In this document: piece by piece, positions 20,922-31,421 of the stretch | Numbering within the stretch: position 1 is the stretch's first letter | Layout: every line of letters starts with the position of its first letter | Assembly (NCBI GenBank): GCA_965601975.1 | Contig: OZ271856.1 | Location: 2,562,240-2,626,239 of the forward strand | Source: Halieaceae bacterium | GTDB taxonomy: Bacteria > Pseudomonadota > Gammaproteobacteria > Pseudomonadales > Halieaceae | Length of the DNA stretch: 64,000 bases | Direction: 5' to 3' | Notes under the pieces: generated by a model | Database searches by the model: none | Told to the model about the DNA's origin: nothing | Seen by the model: only the letters and a program-made list of their open reading frames with translations | Made by a program: the position numbers and the translations under genes

Positions 20922-21725
20922 ATGGAACCCATGAGCCATATGGCCCTGCGCGCCGCGCGCAAGGCCGGCGACATCATCGTTCGCGCCACCGACGATCTCG
21001 ACCGCATCGAGGTGGAGACCAAAAGCGCAAACGACTTCGTGTCGGAAGTGGACCGGGCCGCGGAGAAAGAGATCATCTACACCCTGAGCAAGGCCTACCC
21101 GGACCACGCCTTCCTGGCTGAGGAAGGCGGCCTCACCGGCAATGAAGAATCCGAGTACCGCTGGATCATCGACCCCCTGGACGGCACCACCAACTTCCTG
21201 CGGGGCATCCCCCACTTCGCGGTCTCCATCGCCTGTGAAATCAAGGGCAAGATCGAGCACGCGGTGGTGCTGGACCCGGTGCGCCGCGAAGAATTCGTGG
21301 CCAGCCGAGGCCGCGGCGCGCAGCTGAACGGCCGCCGTATCCGCGTCAGCAAACTGGCCGGACTGGACAACGCCGTACTGGGCACCGGCATTCCCTTCCG
21401 CGCGCGGCAGACCGACCACCTGCCGGCCTATACGAAGTCACTGGAATCCCTGGCGGCCGCCTCTGCCGGCATCCGTCGCGCCGGCGCCGCCGCCCTCGAC
21501 CTGGCCTACGTGGCCGCCGGGCGCTACGACGCGTTCTGGGAGATCGGGCTGGCACCCTGGGATATCGCCGCCGGCAGCCTGCTGGTGCGCGAGGCTGGCG
21601 GCCTGGTCGGAGACCTCAGCGGCGGTGAGAGCTACATGGAAAGCGGCAACATCGTCTGCGGCAACCCCAAGTGCTTCAAGGCCGTCGTGCAGGTCACCAA
21701 ACCCATCCTCGGCCACATCAGCTAG
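20922..21725 (+). CDS. suhB: Inositol-1-monophosphatase SuhB
   Basis: IMPase motifs (WIIDPLDGTTNF, DxG..). Confidence 0.9.
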   Translation: MEPMSHMALRAARKAGDIIVRATDDLDRIEVETKSANDFVSEVDRAAEKEIIYTLSKAYPDHAFLAEEGGLTGNEESEYRWIIDPLDGTTNFLRGIPHFAVSIACEIKGKIEHAVVLDPVRREEFVASRGRGAQLNGRRIRVSKLAGLDNAVLGTGIPFRARQTDHLPAYTKSLESLAAASAGIRRAGAAALDLAYVAAGRYDAFWEIGLAPWDIAAGSLLVREAGGLVGDLSGGESYMESGNIVCGNPKCFKAVVQVTKPILGHIS

Positions 21726-21732
21726 ACCCAGA

Positions 21733-21866
21733 GCCTTCAGCCAAGCGTGCTGCCACGCATGTGGCAGTTCGCGAAAAGAGCCTTCAGCCCAGCGTGCTGC
21801 CACGCATGTGGCAGTCCGCGAAAAGAGAGCCTTCAGCCCAGCGCATTTTGCGCAGCAAAATTCGCT
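21733..21866. repeat. Tandem REP-like palindromic units (~48 bp x ~2.7) in the convergent suhB/secF spacer
   Basis: Units are ccttcagcc(a/c)agcgtgctgccacgcatgtggcag(t)tcgcgaaaagag. Each carries hairpin ctgccac-gcat-gtggcag. The third unit is degenerate but still palindromic (gcgcattttgcgcagcaaaattcgc). Confidence 0.6.
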
Positions 21867-21873
21867 AAAAAAG

Positions 21874-22800
21874 CTAGACCAGGTTTTCCTGGTCCTCGCC
21901 CTCTTTCACCGGCACGATCAGGTCTTCCTTGCTGATGCCCAGCATCAGCAGGCTGTTGGCGGCGACATAGATCGAAGAGTAGGTACCGATCAGGACACCG
22001 ACCAGCAGTGCCACGGAGAAGCCGAAGATCATCTCTCCGCCGTACACCGCCAGCGCCACCAGCACCAGCAACGTGGTGAACGAGGTCACGAGGGTCCTGG
22101 CCAGGGTTTCCGTCAGCGACTGATTGATCACCTCGACCGGCGCTGCCTTTCGGATCTTGCGGAAATTTTCGCGAATCCGGTCAGACACCACGATAGTGTC
22201 GTTGAGCGAATAGCCGATTACCGCCAACAGCGCTGCCAGCACGGTCAGGTCAAATTCGATGCCGGTGATCGAAAAGAAGCCCAGGGTGATCAGCACGTCA
22301 TGGGCCAGTGCGACCACCGCCCCCAGGGAGAATTTCAGCTGGAACCGGAAGGCGACGTAGAGCATCACAAGGCCAAGCGCCAACAGCATGGCCAGGCCAC
22401 CCTGCTCGCGCAGTTCCTCGCCCACCGCTGGCCCCACGAACTCGATACGCCGCAGTTCAACCGTGCCATCCGTGTAGGCAGCCTGCAGCTGTTCCAGCAG
22501 CCGGGCGCCGTCCTTGTCGGAGAAGCCCTGGGGCAGGCGAATCAACACATCCTTGTCGGAGCCAAAGCTGACTACCACAGCGCCTGCAAAGCCGCTTGTC
22601 TCAAGATTGTCGCGTATCTCCTGCAGGCGTGCGGTCTCGCTGTAGTGCACTTCCACCAGGGTGCCCCCGGTGAAGTCCAGGCCCCAGTTCAGGCCGTTGA
22701 CGGCCAGCGAGCCGATGGAGCCGATCAGCAGCAGCGCGCTGAAGACGGTTGCGACCATTCGCTGGCCCATGAAGTTGATGATTTTCATAGCGTTACCCAA
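21874..22800 (-). CDS. secF: Protein translocase subunit SecF
   Basis: Full-length SecF similarity. Confidence 0.95.
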   Translation of the reverse strand: MGNAMKIINFMGQRMVATVFSALLLIGSIGSLAVNGLNWGLDFTGGTLVEVHYSETARLQEIRDNLETSGFAGAVVVSFGSDKDVLIRLPQGFSDKDGARLLEQLQAAYTDGTVELRRIEFVGPAVGEELREQGGLAMLLALGLVMLYVAFRFQLKFSLGAVVALAHDVLITLGFFSITGIEFDLTVLAALLAVIGYSLNDTIVVSDRIRENFRKIRKAAPVEVINQSLTETLARTLVTSFTTLLVLVALAVYGGEMIFGFSVALLVGVLIGTYSSIYVAANSLLMLGISKEDLIVPVKEGEDQENLV

Positions 22801-24661
22801 TGGCCAGCCGCTTGACGTTGCGGCCGCCGTAGATGAGGTTGACCAGCGCGCGCGTACCGAAAATAGCGGTAAACATCGATGTCGCCAGTCCGAACATCAG
22901 CGTCACCGCAAAGCCCTTGACCGGGCCTGTGCCCACTGCGAACAGGATGATGGCCACGATCAGCGTGGTCAGGTTGGCGTCGAGAATTGTCACTACCGCT
23001 CGCTCGAAGCCGGCGTGTATGGCCATCTGCGGCGACAGCCCGTTTCTCAGCTCCTCGCGTATTCGCGCGAAGATCAGCACGTTGGCGTCCACCGCCATAC
23101 CGACGGTCAATACGATTCCGGCGATCCCGGGCAGCGTCAGGGTGGCTCCGAATAGGGACATGCAGGCCACCAGCAACACCAGGTTGCAGGTCAGCGCAAT
23201 CACCGCCGCGATTCCGAACACCCGGTAATAAACAATCATGAACAGCACCACGGCCAGCAGGCCGTACTGCACAGACTCGAAGCCCTTGGCAATGTTCTCC
23301 GCGCCGAGAGACGGGCCGATGGTGCGTTCTTCCACAAACTCGATGGGTGCCGCCAGGGCGCCTGCGCGCAGCAGCAGGGCCAGTTCCGATGCTTCCTGCG
23401 GGCTGTCCAGGCCGGTGATCTGGAACTGCACGCCAAGTGCGGATTGGATCACCGGCGCAGTGATAACTCTTTTTACATCGAAGGATGTCTTGACGGCTTT
23501 TTCCTCGCCGTCAGGCCCGGTTTCGTAGCGGGTCTTGGTTTCCCGCTCGATAAACAGCACGCCCATGCGACGCTTGATGTTTTTCGCCGTCGCACGGTTC
23601 ATCAGCGTGCCGCCGTCGCTGTCGAGGCGAATATTGACGTTTGGCATGCCGTTCTGGTCAAAGCTGGCGCGAGCATCTGTCACGTTGATGCCGGTGATGA
23701 TCACCTCGCGCTCCAGCCACTCCGTGCGGCCCCCGTACGCCGCGCTGCGGTATTGGAACTCCTGGCGCTCCGTCAGCGGCGCATCCGCGCGCGCCACCAG
23801 GCGGAATTCCAGGTTCGCCGTCTTGCCAAGGATAATCTTGGCCCGCGTGGGGTCTTGCACACCGGGAAGCTCTACAACAATGCGATTCCGTCCCTGGGGC
23901 TGAACCAGGGGTTCCGAAACACCCAGTTCGTTGACACGGTTGCGAATCGTGGAAAGGTTTTGCTGCACAGCGTACTGTGCAATCTCGGTGCGGGTAAGCT
24001 CGGACAAGGTCGCCGAAAACGTAAAGTTCTCCCCCTCTTCCCCACGCTCCAGGACCAGCTCAGGGAAATCCTTGCGGACGACTGATACAGCTTCATTCCT
24101 GCGTTCTTCGGTGGGAAAACTGCCGAGGATGCGTACACCCTCTTCCAGCTCGACTCTTCCACGCACCCGGGACTGGCGCAACGATTTGCGAATGCTGTTG
24201 TAGTCGGTCTCGAGACGCTTGGCGATCGGGGCCTCGGTGTCCACCTCGAGCTTGAAATGCACGCCCCCGCTGAGATCGAGACCCAGCTTCATCGGCTCCG
24301 CGCCAAACGCGGTCAGCCAGTCCGGCGTGGTCGGGGCGAGATTCAGCGCGACCACGTAATCGTCGCCCAGCGCGCGCTCGATAACGGCCTTTGCGGGCAA
24401 CTGGTCGTCGCCCTGTTCCAGCCGGATGAGCGCTGCGCGTTTGCCCTCCTGTATTTCCGCACCAAAATACCCAACGCCGGCTGCCTCGAGTGTGTCCGTC
24501 GCCAGGGTAAGCGCGCGCTCATCCATGGAATCTGCAGTACGCAGGGGGCTGATCTGCAGCGCCGGATCCGGCGGGTAGAGATTGGGCGCCGCGTAGAAGA
24601 AGCCCAGCAGCACAAAGAAAAGTACCAGCAAGTACTTCCACAGGGGGTACTTATTTATCAT
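22793..24661 (-). CDS. secD: Protein translocase subunit SecD
   Basis: Full-length SecD similarity. Overlaps the secF start. Confidence 0.95.
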   Translation of the reverse strand: MINKYPLWKYLLVLFFVLLGFFYAAPNLYPPDPALQISPLRTADSMDERALTLATDTLEAAGVGYFGAEIQEGKRAALIRLEQGDDQLPAKAVIERALGDDYVVALNLAPTTPDWLTAFGAEPMKLGLDLSGGVHFKLEVDTEAPIAKRLETDYNSIRKSLRQSRVRGRVELEEGVRILGSFPTEERRNEAVSVVRKDFPELVLERGEEGENFTFSATLSELTRTEIAQYAVQQNLSTIRNRVNELGVSEPLVQPQGRNRIVVELPGVQDPTRAKIILGKTANLEFRLVARADAPLTERQEFQYRSAAYGGRTEWLEREVIITGINVTDARASFDQNGMPNVNIRLDSDGGTLMNRATAKNIKRRMGVLFIERETKTRYETGPDGEEKAVKTSFDVKRVITAPVIQSALGVQFQITGLDSPQEASELALLLRAGALAAPIEFVEERTIGPSLGAENIAKGFESVQYGLLAVVLFMIVYYRVFGIAAVIALTCNLVLLVACMSLFGATLTLPGIAGIVLTVGMAVDANVLIFARIREELRNGLSPQMAIHAGFERAVVTILDANLTTLIVAIILFAVGTGPVKGFAVTLMFGLATSMFTAIFGTRALVNLIYGGRNVKRLAIG

Positions 24662-24744
24662 GTTTCACCTGATCAAAGAGCCGCGCCATTATAAGGATTA
24701 GTGGGGACGCCTCAAGCAGACTCAACCCCCCCTGGCCAAGCCGG

Positions 24745-27700
24745 TCAGCCCACCCAGGCGCGGGCGTTTCTGAACAGCCGCATCCAGGCCCCGTCCTCCT
24801 GCCAATCGGAGGGCGCCCAGGAACACTGCAGCGCACGGAACACCCGCTCCGGGTGAGGCATCATGATGGTGACCCGGCCATCTTCGGAGCACAGCCCGGT
24901 AATACCTGCCGGCGAGCCGTTGGGGTTGGCCGGGTAACGGCGCGCGATGTCGAGGCCGTTGCCGATAAAGCGCAGGGCCACGGTACCGCTGCTGTCCGCG
25001 GCGCTGAACGCCGTATCGTCGCGGAACTCCGCACGGCCCTCGCCGTGGGCGACGGCAATCGGCATATGGGAGCCGGCCATACCCGCGAGCAGTATGGAAG
25101 GCGATTCCTCCACCCGCACCAGGGAGAGCCTGGCCTCGAACTGTTCGGAGCGATTGCGCACAAAGTGGGGCCAGTGTTCGGCGCCGGGCACCAGCTCGCG
25201 CAGGTTGGACATCATCTGGCAGCCGTTGCAGACACCGAGTGCAAAGCTGTCCTCGCGTTCGAAGAATGCCTGGAACATGTCGCGCAGTGCGGCATTGAAG
25301 AGAATGCTCTTCGCCCAGCCCTCGCCGGCGCCCAGCACGTCGCCGTAGGAAAACCCGCCGCAGGCCACCAGGCCCTTGAAGTCGGCCAGTTTGACCCGGC
25401 TCGCCATCAGGTCGCTCATGTGCACGTCCACCGCGGCAAAGCCCGCGCGATCGAAGGCCGCGGCCATTTCCACCTGCCCGTTCACGCCCTGCTCGCGCAA
25501 CACTGCAATGCGCGGGCGCACGCCGGTGGCGATGAACGGCGCCGCCACATCCTCGGTCGGGTCGTAACGCAGCGTCGCGCTGAGGCCTGGATCGTCATCT
25601 GCAATCGACTCGAATTCCTCGCGGGCGCAATCCGGGTTATCCCTCAGTGCCTGGATGCGGTAGGAGGTCTCCGCCCAGGTCCGCTGCAGATCGGTTCGCG
25701 AGGCGGACAGCACAGTTTCCCTGCCCCGGTGAATGCGCACCCGGTCTCCGTCGATCGCACTGCCCAGTTCGTGCAGGGCGCAGTTGAGATCCGCCGCGCG
25801 GCGCATCACCTCGCTGACATCCCCCGCCGCTATCTGCAGGACGGCGCCCGCCTCTTCGTTGAACAAGGCCGATATCGAACATTCGGGCAGGGACGAGATA
25901 TCTATCTCGAGGCCGCAGTGGCCGGCAAAGGCCATTTCCAGCAGCGTGGTGATTACACCGCCGTCGGAGCGGTCATGGTACGCGCTGATCAGGCCGTCGC
26001 GGGACAGGCCCTGCAGGAACTCAAAGGCCGCCTTCAGCACCGCGGCGTCCTCGATATCCGGCACCTCGGTGTCCCAGTGGCCGTACACCTGCAGCAGTGC
26101 GGAGCCGCCCATTCGATGGCGCCCGCCAGACAGGTCCAGCAGCAGCAGGCGGTTGTCACTGGTGTCGAGCTGCGGGGTCAGGGTTCGCCGCACATCGCCG
26201 ACCGGGCTGAACGCGGACACGATCAGGGACACCGGCGCGGTGACCGACTTGTTCTTGTTGCCGTCCGTCCAGGTGGTGCGCATGGACATGGAATCCTTGC
26301 CCACGGGTATCGTAATGCCCAGCGCGGGGCAGAACTCCATGCCCACCGCGCGCACGGTATCGAACAACACCTCATCCTCGCGGCCGCTGCCCGCCGCGCA
26401 CATCCAGTTGGCCGACAGTTTGATGTCGTGAATATTCTCGATCGGTGCGGCGGCGATATTGAGCAGGGCCTCGGCGATTGCCATGCGGCCTGACGCCGGG
26501 CCGCTGAACAGGGCCAGCGGCGTGCGCTCACCCATGGCCATGGCTTCCCCGGACACGCTGTCGTACGACACGGTCGTGACGGCACAGTCCGCCACCGGCA
26601 CCTGCCAGGGGCCGACCATCTGGTCCCGGTGGACCATACCGGTCACGGTGCGGTCGCCGATGGTAATCAGAAATCCCTTGCCCGCCACGGTGGGAAGGCG
26701 CAGCACACGGTGTACGGCCTCAGCCACGCTGATACCCGCCGCGTCCCATTCTTCCGCCGGGGCCGCCACCCGCTGCACCGTGCGATGCATTTTCGGCGGT
26801 TTGCCGAACAGCACCGACATGGGCAGGTCTACCGGCTTGTTCTCAAACCGGGTATCACCCAGGGTCAGGTGCTGCGCATCCGTGGCCTCGCCAACCACGG
26901 CAAACGGGCAGCGCTCACGCTCACAGATTGCCCGAAACTGCTCGAGCCGCTCCGGCGCGACCGCCATAACGTAGCGTTCCTGGGCCTCGTTGCACCAGAT
27001 TTCCAGCGGCGACATGCCGGGCTCATCGCTGGGGATCTCGCGCAGCTCGAAGCTGCCCCCGCGGCCGCCGTCCTTGACCAGTTCGGGGAAGGCGTTGGAC
27101 AGGCCGCCCGCGCCGACGTCGTGAATAAAGGCAATAGGATTGGCCTCACCAAGCTGCCAGCAGCGATCGATGACCTCCTGGCAGCGGCGTTCGATTTCCG
27201 GGTTCTGCCGCTGCACCGAGGCGAAGTCCAGGTCCTCGGCGCTGGCGCCGCTGTCCATGGACGATGCGGCACCGCCGCCCAACCCGATCAGCATCGCCGG
27301 TCCACCCAGTACCACCAGCTGGTAGCCGGGCTCGATCGCCCCCTTCTGCACGTGTTCGTCGCGAATATTGCCGTAGCCGCCGGCGATCATGATGGGCTTG
27401 TGATAGCCGCGCATCTCCCCCGCCAGCTCCGCCTCGAAGCTGCGGAAATACCCGCACAGGTTGGGCCGGCCGTACTCGTTGTTGAAGGCGGCGCCGCCGA
27501 TGGGCCCTTCGATCATGATATCCAGCGCCGAGACAATGCGCCCGGGCTTGCCATAGGGGCGTTCCCAGGGCTGCAGGAAGTCGGGGATACGCAGGTTGGA
27601 GACGGAAAAGCCTGTCAGGCCCGCCTTGGGCTTTGAGCCACGCCCCACTGCGCCCTCGTCGCGGATTTCGCCGCCGGCGCCGGTGCCGGCCCCGGGAAAC

Positions 27701-28611
27701 GGTGCGATCGCGGTCGGATGGTTGTGGGTCTCTACCTTCATTAACAGGTGCACGGGCTCGCGGCTGTAGCCGTATTCGGCGCTGTCCGGGTTCGGAAAAA
27801 AGCGCCCCGCGACCGGCCCCTGGACCACCGCGGCGTTGTCCGCGTAGGCGGAGAGCACCCCTTCGCCGCCCTGGGCGTGGGTGTTGCGAATCATCTGGAA
27901 CAGGGAGTGGTCCTGCTCCACCCCGTCGATGGACCAGGTGGCGTTGAAGATCTTGTGGCGACAGTGCTCCGAGTTGGCCTGGGCGAACATCATCAGCTCG
28001 ACGTCGTGCGGGTTTCTTCCCAGCTCTCCGAAGCTGTCGACAAGATAGTCGATCTCATCCTCCGCCAGCGCCAGGCCCAGGTCCCGGTTGGCGGCCTCCA
28101 GGGCGGCGCGCCCGCCGCGGAACACATCGACGCTACCCATCGGCCGCGGTTCGTGGTGGGCAAACAGGGCTTCCGCGTCGGCGAGGTCGTCCAGTACGGT
28201 CTCCACCATCCGGTCGTGGAGTTCCGCCCCGACCGACCTGATCAGGTCGGCGCCGGCGTCCTCAGGCAGCTCAACCCGGTATGCCACGCCTCGCTCGATG
28301 CGTCGCAGGGCCGAAAGGCCACAGGAATGAGCGATATCCGTGGCCTTGCTGGACCAGGGAGAACGGGTACCAATACGCGGCACCGCCAGGAACAGCCGGC
28401 CCGCCTCCGCTGCATCCTCCAGCCGGGGGCCGTATTCGAGCAGGCGCTGGAGTATGTCCAGGCTGTCGGGGTCGATTTCGCCGTCATAGTCCACGAAATG
28501 GACAAAACGGGCGCTGATGCCGGTGATACGCCCGTCGAGGGCAGAGAGTTTGTCGCGAAGTTTCTGGAGCCTGAATTCGGAGAGTGCCGGTGCGCCTGGC
28601 AGCGTGATCAT
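24745..28611 (-). CDS. purL: Phosphoribosylformylglycinamidine synthase (large single-chain PurL)
   Basis: 1288 aa. FGAM synthetase and C-terminal glutaminase domains recognisable throughout. Confidence 0.97.
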   Translation of the reverse strand: MITLPGAPALSEFRLQKLRDKLSALDGRITGISARFVHFVDYDGEIDPDSLDILQRLLEYGPRLEDAAEAGRLFLAVPRIGTRSPWSSKATDIAHSCGLSALRRIERGVAYRVELPEDAGADLIRSVGAELHDRMVETVLDDLADAEALFAHHEPRPMGSVDVFRGGRAALEAANRDLGLALAEDEIDYLVDSFGELGRNPHDVELMMFAQANSEHCRHKIFNATWSIDGVEQDHSLFQMIRNTHAQGGEGVLSAYADNAAVVQGPVAGRFFPNPDSAEYGYSREPVHLLMKVETHNHPTAIAPFPGAGTGAGGEIRDEGAVGRGSKPKAGLTGFSVSNLRIPDFLQPWERPYGKPGRIVSALDIMIEGPIGGAAFNNEYGRPNLCGYFRSFEAELAGEMRGYHKPIMIAGGYGNIRDEHVQKGAIEPGYQLVVLGGPAMLIGLGGGAASSMDSGASAEDLDFASVQRQNPEIERRCQEVIDRCWQLGEANPIAFIHDVGAGGLSNAFPELVKDGGRGGSFELREIPSDEPGMSPLEIWCNEAQERYVMAVAPERLEQFRAICERERCPFAVVGEATDAQHLTLGDTRFENKPVDLPMSVLFGKPPKMHRTVQRVAAPAEEWDAAGISVAEAVHRVLRLPTVAGKGFLITIGDRTVTGMVHRDQMVGPWQVPVADCAVTTVSYDSVSGEAMAMGERTPLALFSGPASGRMAIAEALLNIAAAPIENIHDIKLSANWMCAAGSGREDEVLFDTVRAVGMEFCPALGITIPVGKDSMSMRTTWTDGNKNKSVTAPVSLIVSAFSPVGDVRRTLTPQLDTSDNRLLLLDLSGGRHRMGGSALLQVYGHWDTEVPDIEDAAVLKAAFEFLQGLSRDGLISAYHDRSDGGVITTLLEMAFAGHCGLEIDISSLPECSISALFNEEAGAVLQIAAGDVSEVMRRAADLNCALHELGSAIDGDRVRIHRGRETVLSASRTDLQRTWAETSYRIQALRDNPDCAREEFESIADDDPGLSATLRYDPTEDVAAPFIATGVRPRIAVLREQGVNGQVEMAAAFDRAGFAAVDVHMSDLMASRVKLADFKGLVACGGFSYGDVLGAGEGWAKSILFNAALRDMFQAFFEREDSFALGVCNGCQMMSNLRELVPGAEHWPHFVRNRSEQFEARLSLVRVEESPSILLAGMAGSHMPIAVAHGEGRAEFRDDTAFSAADSSGTVALRFIGNGLDIARRYPANPNGSPAGITGLCSEDGRVTIMMPHPERVFRALQCSWAPSDWQEDGAWMRLFRNARAWVG

Positions 28612-28740
28612 CCGCGGGTCGCCTGTGTTGACTGCGGGCGGCAGCCCGCCGGAAAGCGCGGTATTGTACTGTATTCACCCGGCAGCGTCAGCGCCGTTTG
28701 CCGGATTTCCCCCAGTCCGCTGCAGCGATAAAATTAGACC

Positions 28741-30174
28741 ATGGCAAAACTGCGCTTGATCACCGCGCTCGCGTGGATGCTGGGCGCAGCCCTGCTCGCG
28801 GGCTGCGACGGCAAGGATTCCCTGGATCGTATTATCGAGTCCGGGGAACTGGTGGTGACTACGCGCAACGGCCCCACGACCTACTTCATCGACAAGGGCG
28901 AACCCGCAGGCTTCGAGCATGAGCTGATCGAGCGCTTTGCCGAGGAACTGGGTGTCGAGGTCCGCTGGCAGCTGCGGCACAACATCGCCGACATCCTAGA
29001 AGACGTCCGCCGCGGCGAGGCGGACCTGGCCGCGGCGGGCCTCACCATCACCCCGTCCCGCCAGGCGGAATTCCGCTTCAGCTACCCGTACTACCAGATC
29101 GATCCGCAGGTGATCTACCTGTCCGGCACCTCGCGGCCACGGCAGGTGGACGACCTGTATGAAGGACGTACCGTCACCATGGCGGGCAGCAGCCACGCGG
29201 AGTCATTCGTGGGTCTGCAGGCAGACCACCCGGACCTGCGCTGGCAGGAGATCGAGAACGTCGAACCGCTGGACCTGATGGATATGGTTACCAGCGGCGC
29301 CGCCAGCTACGCCATCATCGATTCCAACGAGTTCGTGGCCAATCGCAGCTTCCACCCCAAGCTGCGCGTCGGCTTCAACCTGGGTGAACAGCAGTCCCTG
29401 GCCTGGGTCTTCTCCCAGCGGCAAGACGACGATCGGCTTACCCAGAAAGCCAACGATTTCCTCGCCAGGCTGGACAAGGACGGTACACTGGCCCAGCTCA
29501 AGGAGCGCCAGTTCGGGCACGCCTGGGGCGTGGACCAGGTGGACTCCCAGACTTTCAACCGCCGCATGCGCAAGCGCCTGCCCGCTTACGAGGACCTGTT
29601 CCGCCAGGTGGCGGCGGAATACCAGCTGGACTGGCACCTGCTGGCAGCCATCGCCTACCAGGAGTCCCACTGGAATCCCCGGGCCCGGTCCCCCACAGGG
29701 GTCCGCGGCATGATGATGCTGACCCAGACCACCGCCCGGGAAATGAACGTGAAAAACCGCCTGGACGCGCAGCAGAGCCTGCGCGGCGGCGCCCGATACT
29801 TCAAGAAGATCAAGCGGCTGCTACCCGACGACATCTATGAGCCGGACCGCACCTGGATGGCGCTGGCGGCCTATAACATCGGCCGCGGCCACCTCAATGA
29901 TGCCCGTATCATCACCGAGCGGCAGGGGGGCGATCCGCACCTGTGGTCCGACGTGAAGGAACGGCTGCCGCTGCTGCAGCGCAGCAAGTACTACAAGACT
30001 GTGCGGCACGGTTACGCCCGCGGTTCCGAGCCGGTGACCTATGTGAAGAACATACGCCACTACTACAACATCCTCGCCTGGCAGGACATCGCCGCCAACC
30101 GCCCGCTGCCGCCGGTGGACGCCAACGAGTACGTGCCCGAGTCCCTCAAGGCCGTCGACTTCTCCGCCCTGTGA
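28741..30174 (+). CDS. mltF: Membrane-bound lytic murein transglycosylase F (SBP_bac_3 + SLT domains)
   Basis: Lipoprotein signal (LLAGC), periplasmic-binding-like N-domain, SLT catalytic motif (ESHWNP..). Divergent from purL as in enterics. Confidence 0.9.
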   Translation: MAKLRLITALAWMLGAALLAGCDGKDSLDRIIESGELVVTTRNGPTTYFIDKGEPAGFEHELIERFAEELGVEVRWQLRHNIADILEDVRRGEADLAAAGLTITPSRQAEFRFSYPYYQIDPQVIYLSGTSRPRQVDDLYEGRTVTMAGSSHAESFVGLQADHPDLRWQEIENVEPLDLMDMVTSGAASYAIIDSNEFVANRSFHPKLRVGFNLGEQQSLAWVFSQRQDDDRLTQKANDFLARLDKDGTLAQLKERQFGHAWGVDQVDSQTFNRRMRKRLPAYEDLFRQVAAEYQLDWHLLAAIAYQESHWNPRARSPTGVRGMMMLTQTTAREMNVKNRLDAQQSLRGGARYFKKIKRLLPDDIYEPDRTWMALAAYNIGRGHLNDARIITERQGGDPHLWSDVKERLPLLQRSKYYKTVRHGYARGSEPVTYVKNIRHYYNILAWQDIAANRPLPPVDANEYVPESLKAVDFSAL

Positions 30175-30659
30175 ATATCCGCGAGGCAGAGGCCGGCGAT
30201 TTCGATGCCATCTGGCCGATATTTCGTGAGATCGTATCCGCCGGCGATACCTATGGATTTGACCCGAATACCCCCTGCGACGAGGCCCGGCGCATCTGGA
30301 TGGAGCAGCCCCGCAAAACCTTCGTCGCCGAAGACGAAGGTGAAATTCTCGGTACCTACTACATCAAGACGAATACGGGCGGCCCCGGCGCCCACGTCTG
30401 CAACTGTGGCTATATGACGGCGCCGACCGGACGGGGCCGCGGCATTGCCAGCGCCATGTGTAAACACTCCCAGCAGGTGGCCGAGGAGCTTGGCTACAAG
30501 GCCATGCAGTTCAATTTCGTCGCCTCCACCAACGCCGGCGCCGTCAGGCTCTGGGACAAGCTGGGCTTCGAGACCGTCGGCCGCCTGCCGAAAGCGTTCG
30601 GGCATCCCACCGAGGGCTACGTGGATGCGTTGGTCATGTACAAGTGGCTGGAACCATGA
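30171..30659 (+). CDS. GNAT family N-acetyltransferase
   Basis: GTG start overlapping the mltF stop (GTGA). Acetyl-CoA-binding motif region (..TAPTGRGRGIASAM..). Confidence 0.6.
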   Translation: MNIREAEAGDFDAIWPIFREIVSAGDTYGFDPNTPCDEARRIWMEQPRKTFVAEDEGEILGTYYIKTNTGGPGAHVCNCGYMTAPTGRGRGIASAMCKHSQQVAEELGYKAMQFNFVASTNAGAVRLWDKLGFETVGRLPKAFGHPTEGYVDALVMYKWLEP

Positions 30660-31390
30660 GCGAGCTCTATGACTCGATTGGGATCGGGTATACCAACTAC
30701 CGCCAGCCCGATCCGCGCATCCAGGCGCTGATCGACAATGCTCTGGGTGATGCAGGCTCCGTCCTGAACGTTGGCGCAGGTGCTGGCTCCTACGAACCGG
30801 TCGACCGACCAACCATCGCTGTAGAACCCTCTCCGGTGATGATCGAGCAGCGGCCCGAGGGCCTCAACCCGGTGCTGCGTGCCTACGCTGAATCACTGCC
30901 GTTTGCCGACGACAGCTTCGACGCCTCGCTGGCGCTGCTGACTGTCCACCACTGGCCCGATCGGATCTGCGGCATGCAGGAACTGGCGCGAGTCGCCCGT
31001 GCCCGGGTGGTGATCTTTACCCACGAACTGTTCGAAGACGACTACTGGCTCTTGGAGTACTTCCCGGCAGTTCAGGACCTGACCCGAGACATGATGCCAT
31101 CGAAGGATGAGCTTCAGTCGGTGTTTGGTGACGTCGAAGAGGTCAGGGTGCCCATACCCCACGACTGTACCGACGGATTTCTCGCAGCCTACTGGCGAAG
31201 GCCTGAGGCCTATCTGCAGCAGGGAGTGCGCGACGCCATCTCCGCCTTTTCCGTGATGGACGGTGTCGATGAAACGGTGGAACGACTGCGGCATGACCTG
31301 GAATCCGGCGCCTGGCACAAGCGCCACGGCCACTTACTGGAACAGGAGTCGATGGATCTGGGTTACAAACTGGTAATTGCCCAGGCATAA
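30656..31390 (+). CDS. Class I SAM-dependent methyltransferase
   Basis: ATGA overlap with the GNAT stop. SAM-binding motif I (VLNVGAGAGSY) plus motif post-I. About 245 aa. Confidence 0.7.
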   Translation: MSELYDSIGIGYTNYRQPDPRIQALIDNALGDAGSVLNVGAGAGSYEPVDRPTIAVEPSPVMIEQRPEGLNPVLRAYAESLPFADDSFDASLALLTVHHWPDRICGMQELARVARARVVIFTHELFEDDYWLLEYFPAVQDLTRDMMPSKDELQSVFGDVEEVRVPIPHDCTDGFLAAYWRRPEAYLQQGVRDAISAFSVMDGVDETVERLRHDLESGAWHKRHGHLLEQESMDLGYKLVIAQA

Positions 31391-31421
31391 AAAAGCTCCT
31401 GCCCCAGAGGGGCAGGAGCAG

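Noticed and set aside
28612-28740. PurR-box or riboswitch in the purL/mltF divergent leader; T-box or attenuator upstream of hisS and thrC.
   Set aside because: No convincing palindrome of PurR type or conserved leader structure was recognisable by eye. The Pseudomonas-like lineage implied by synteny generally lacks PurR.
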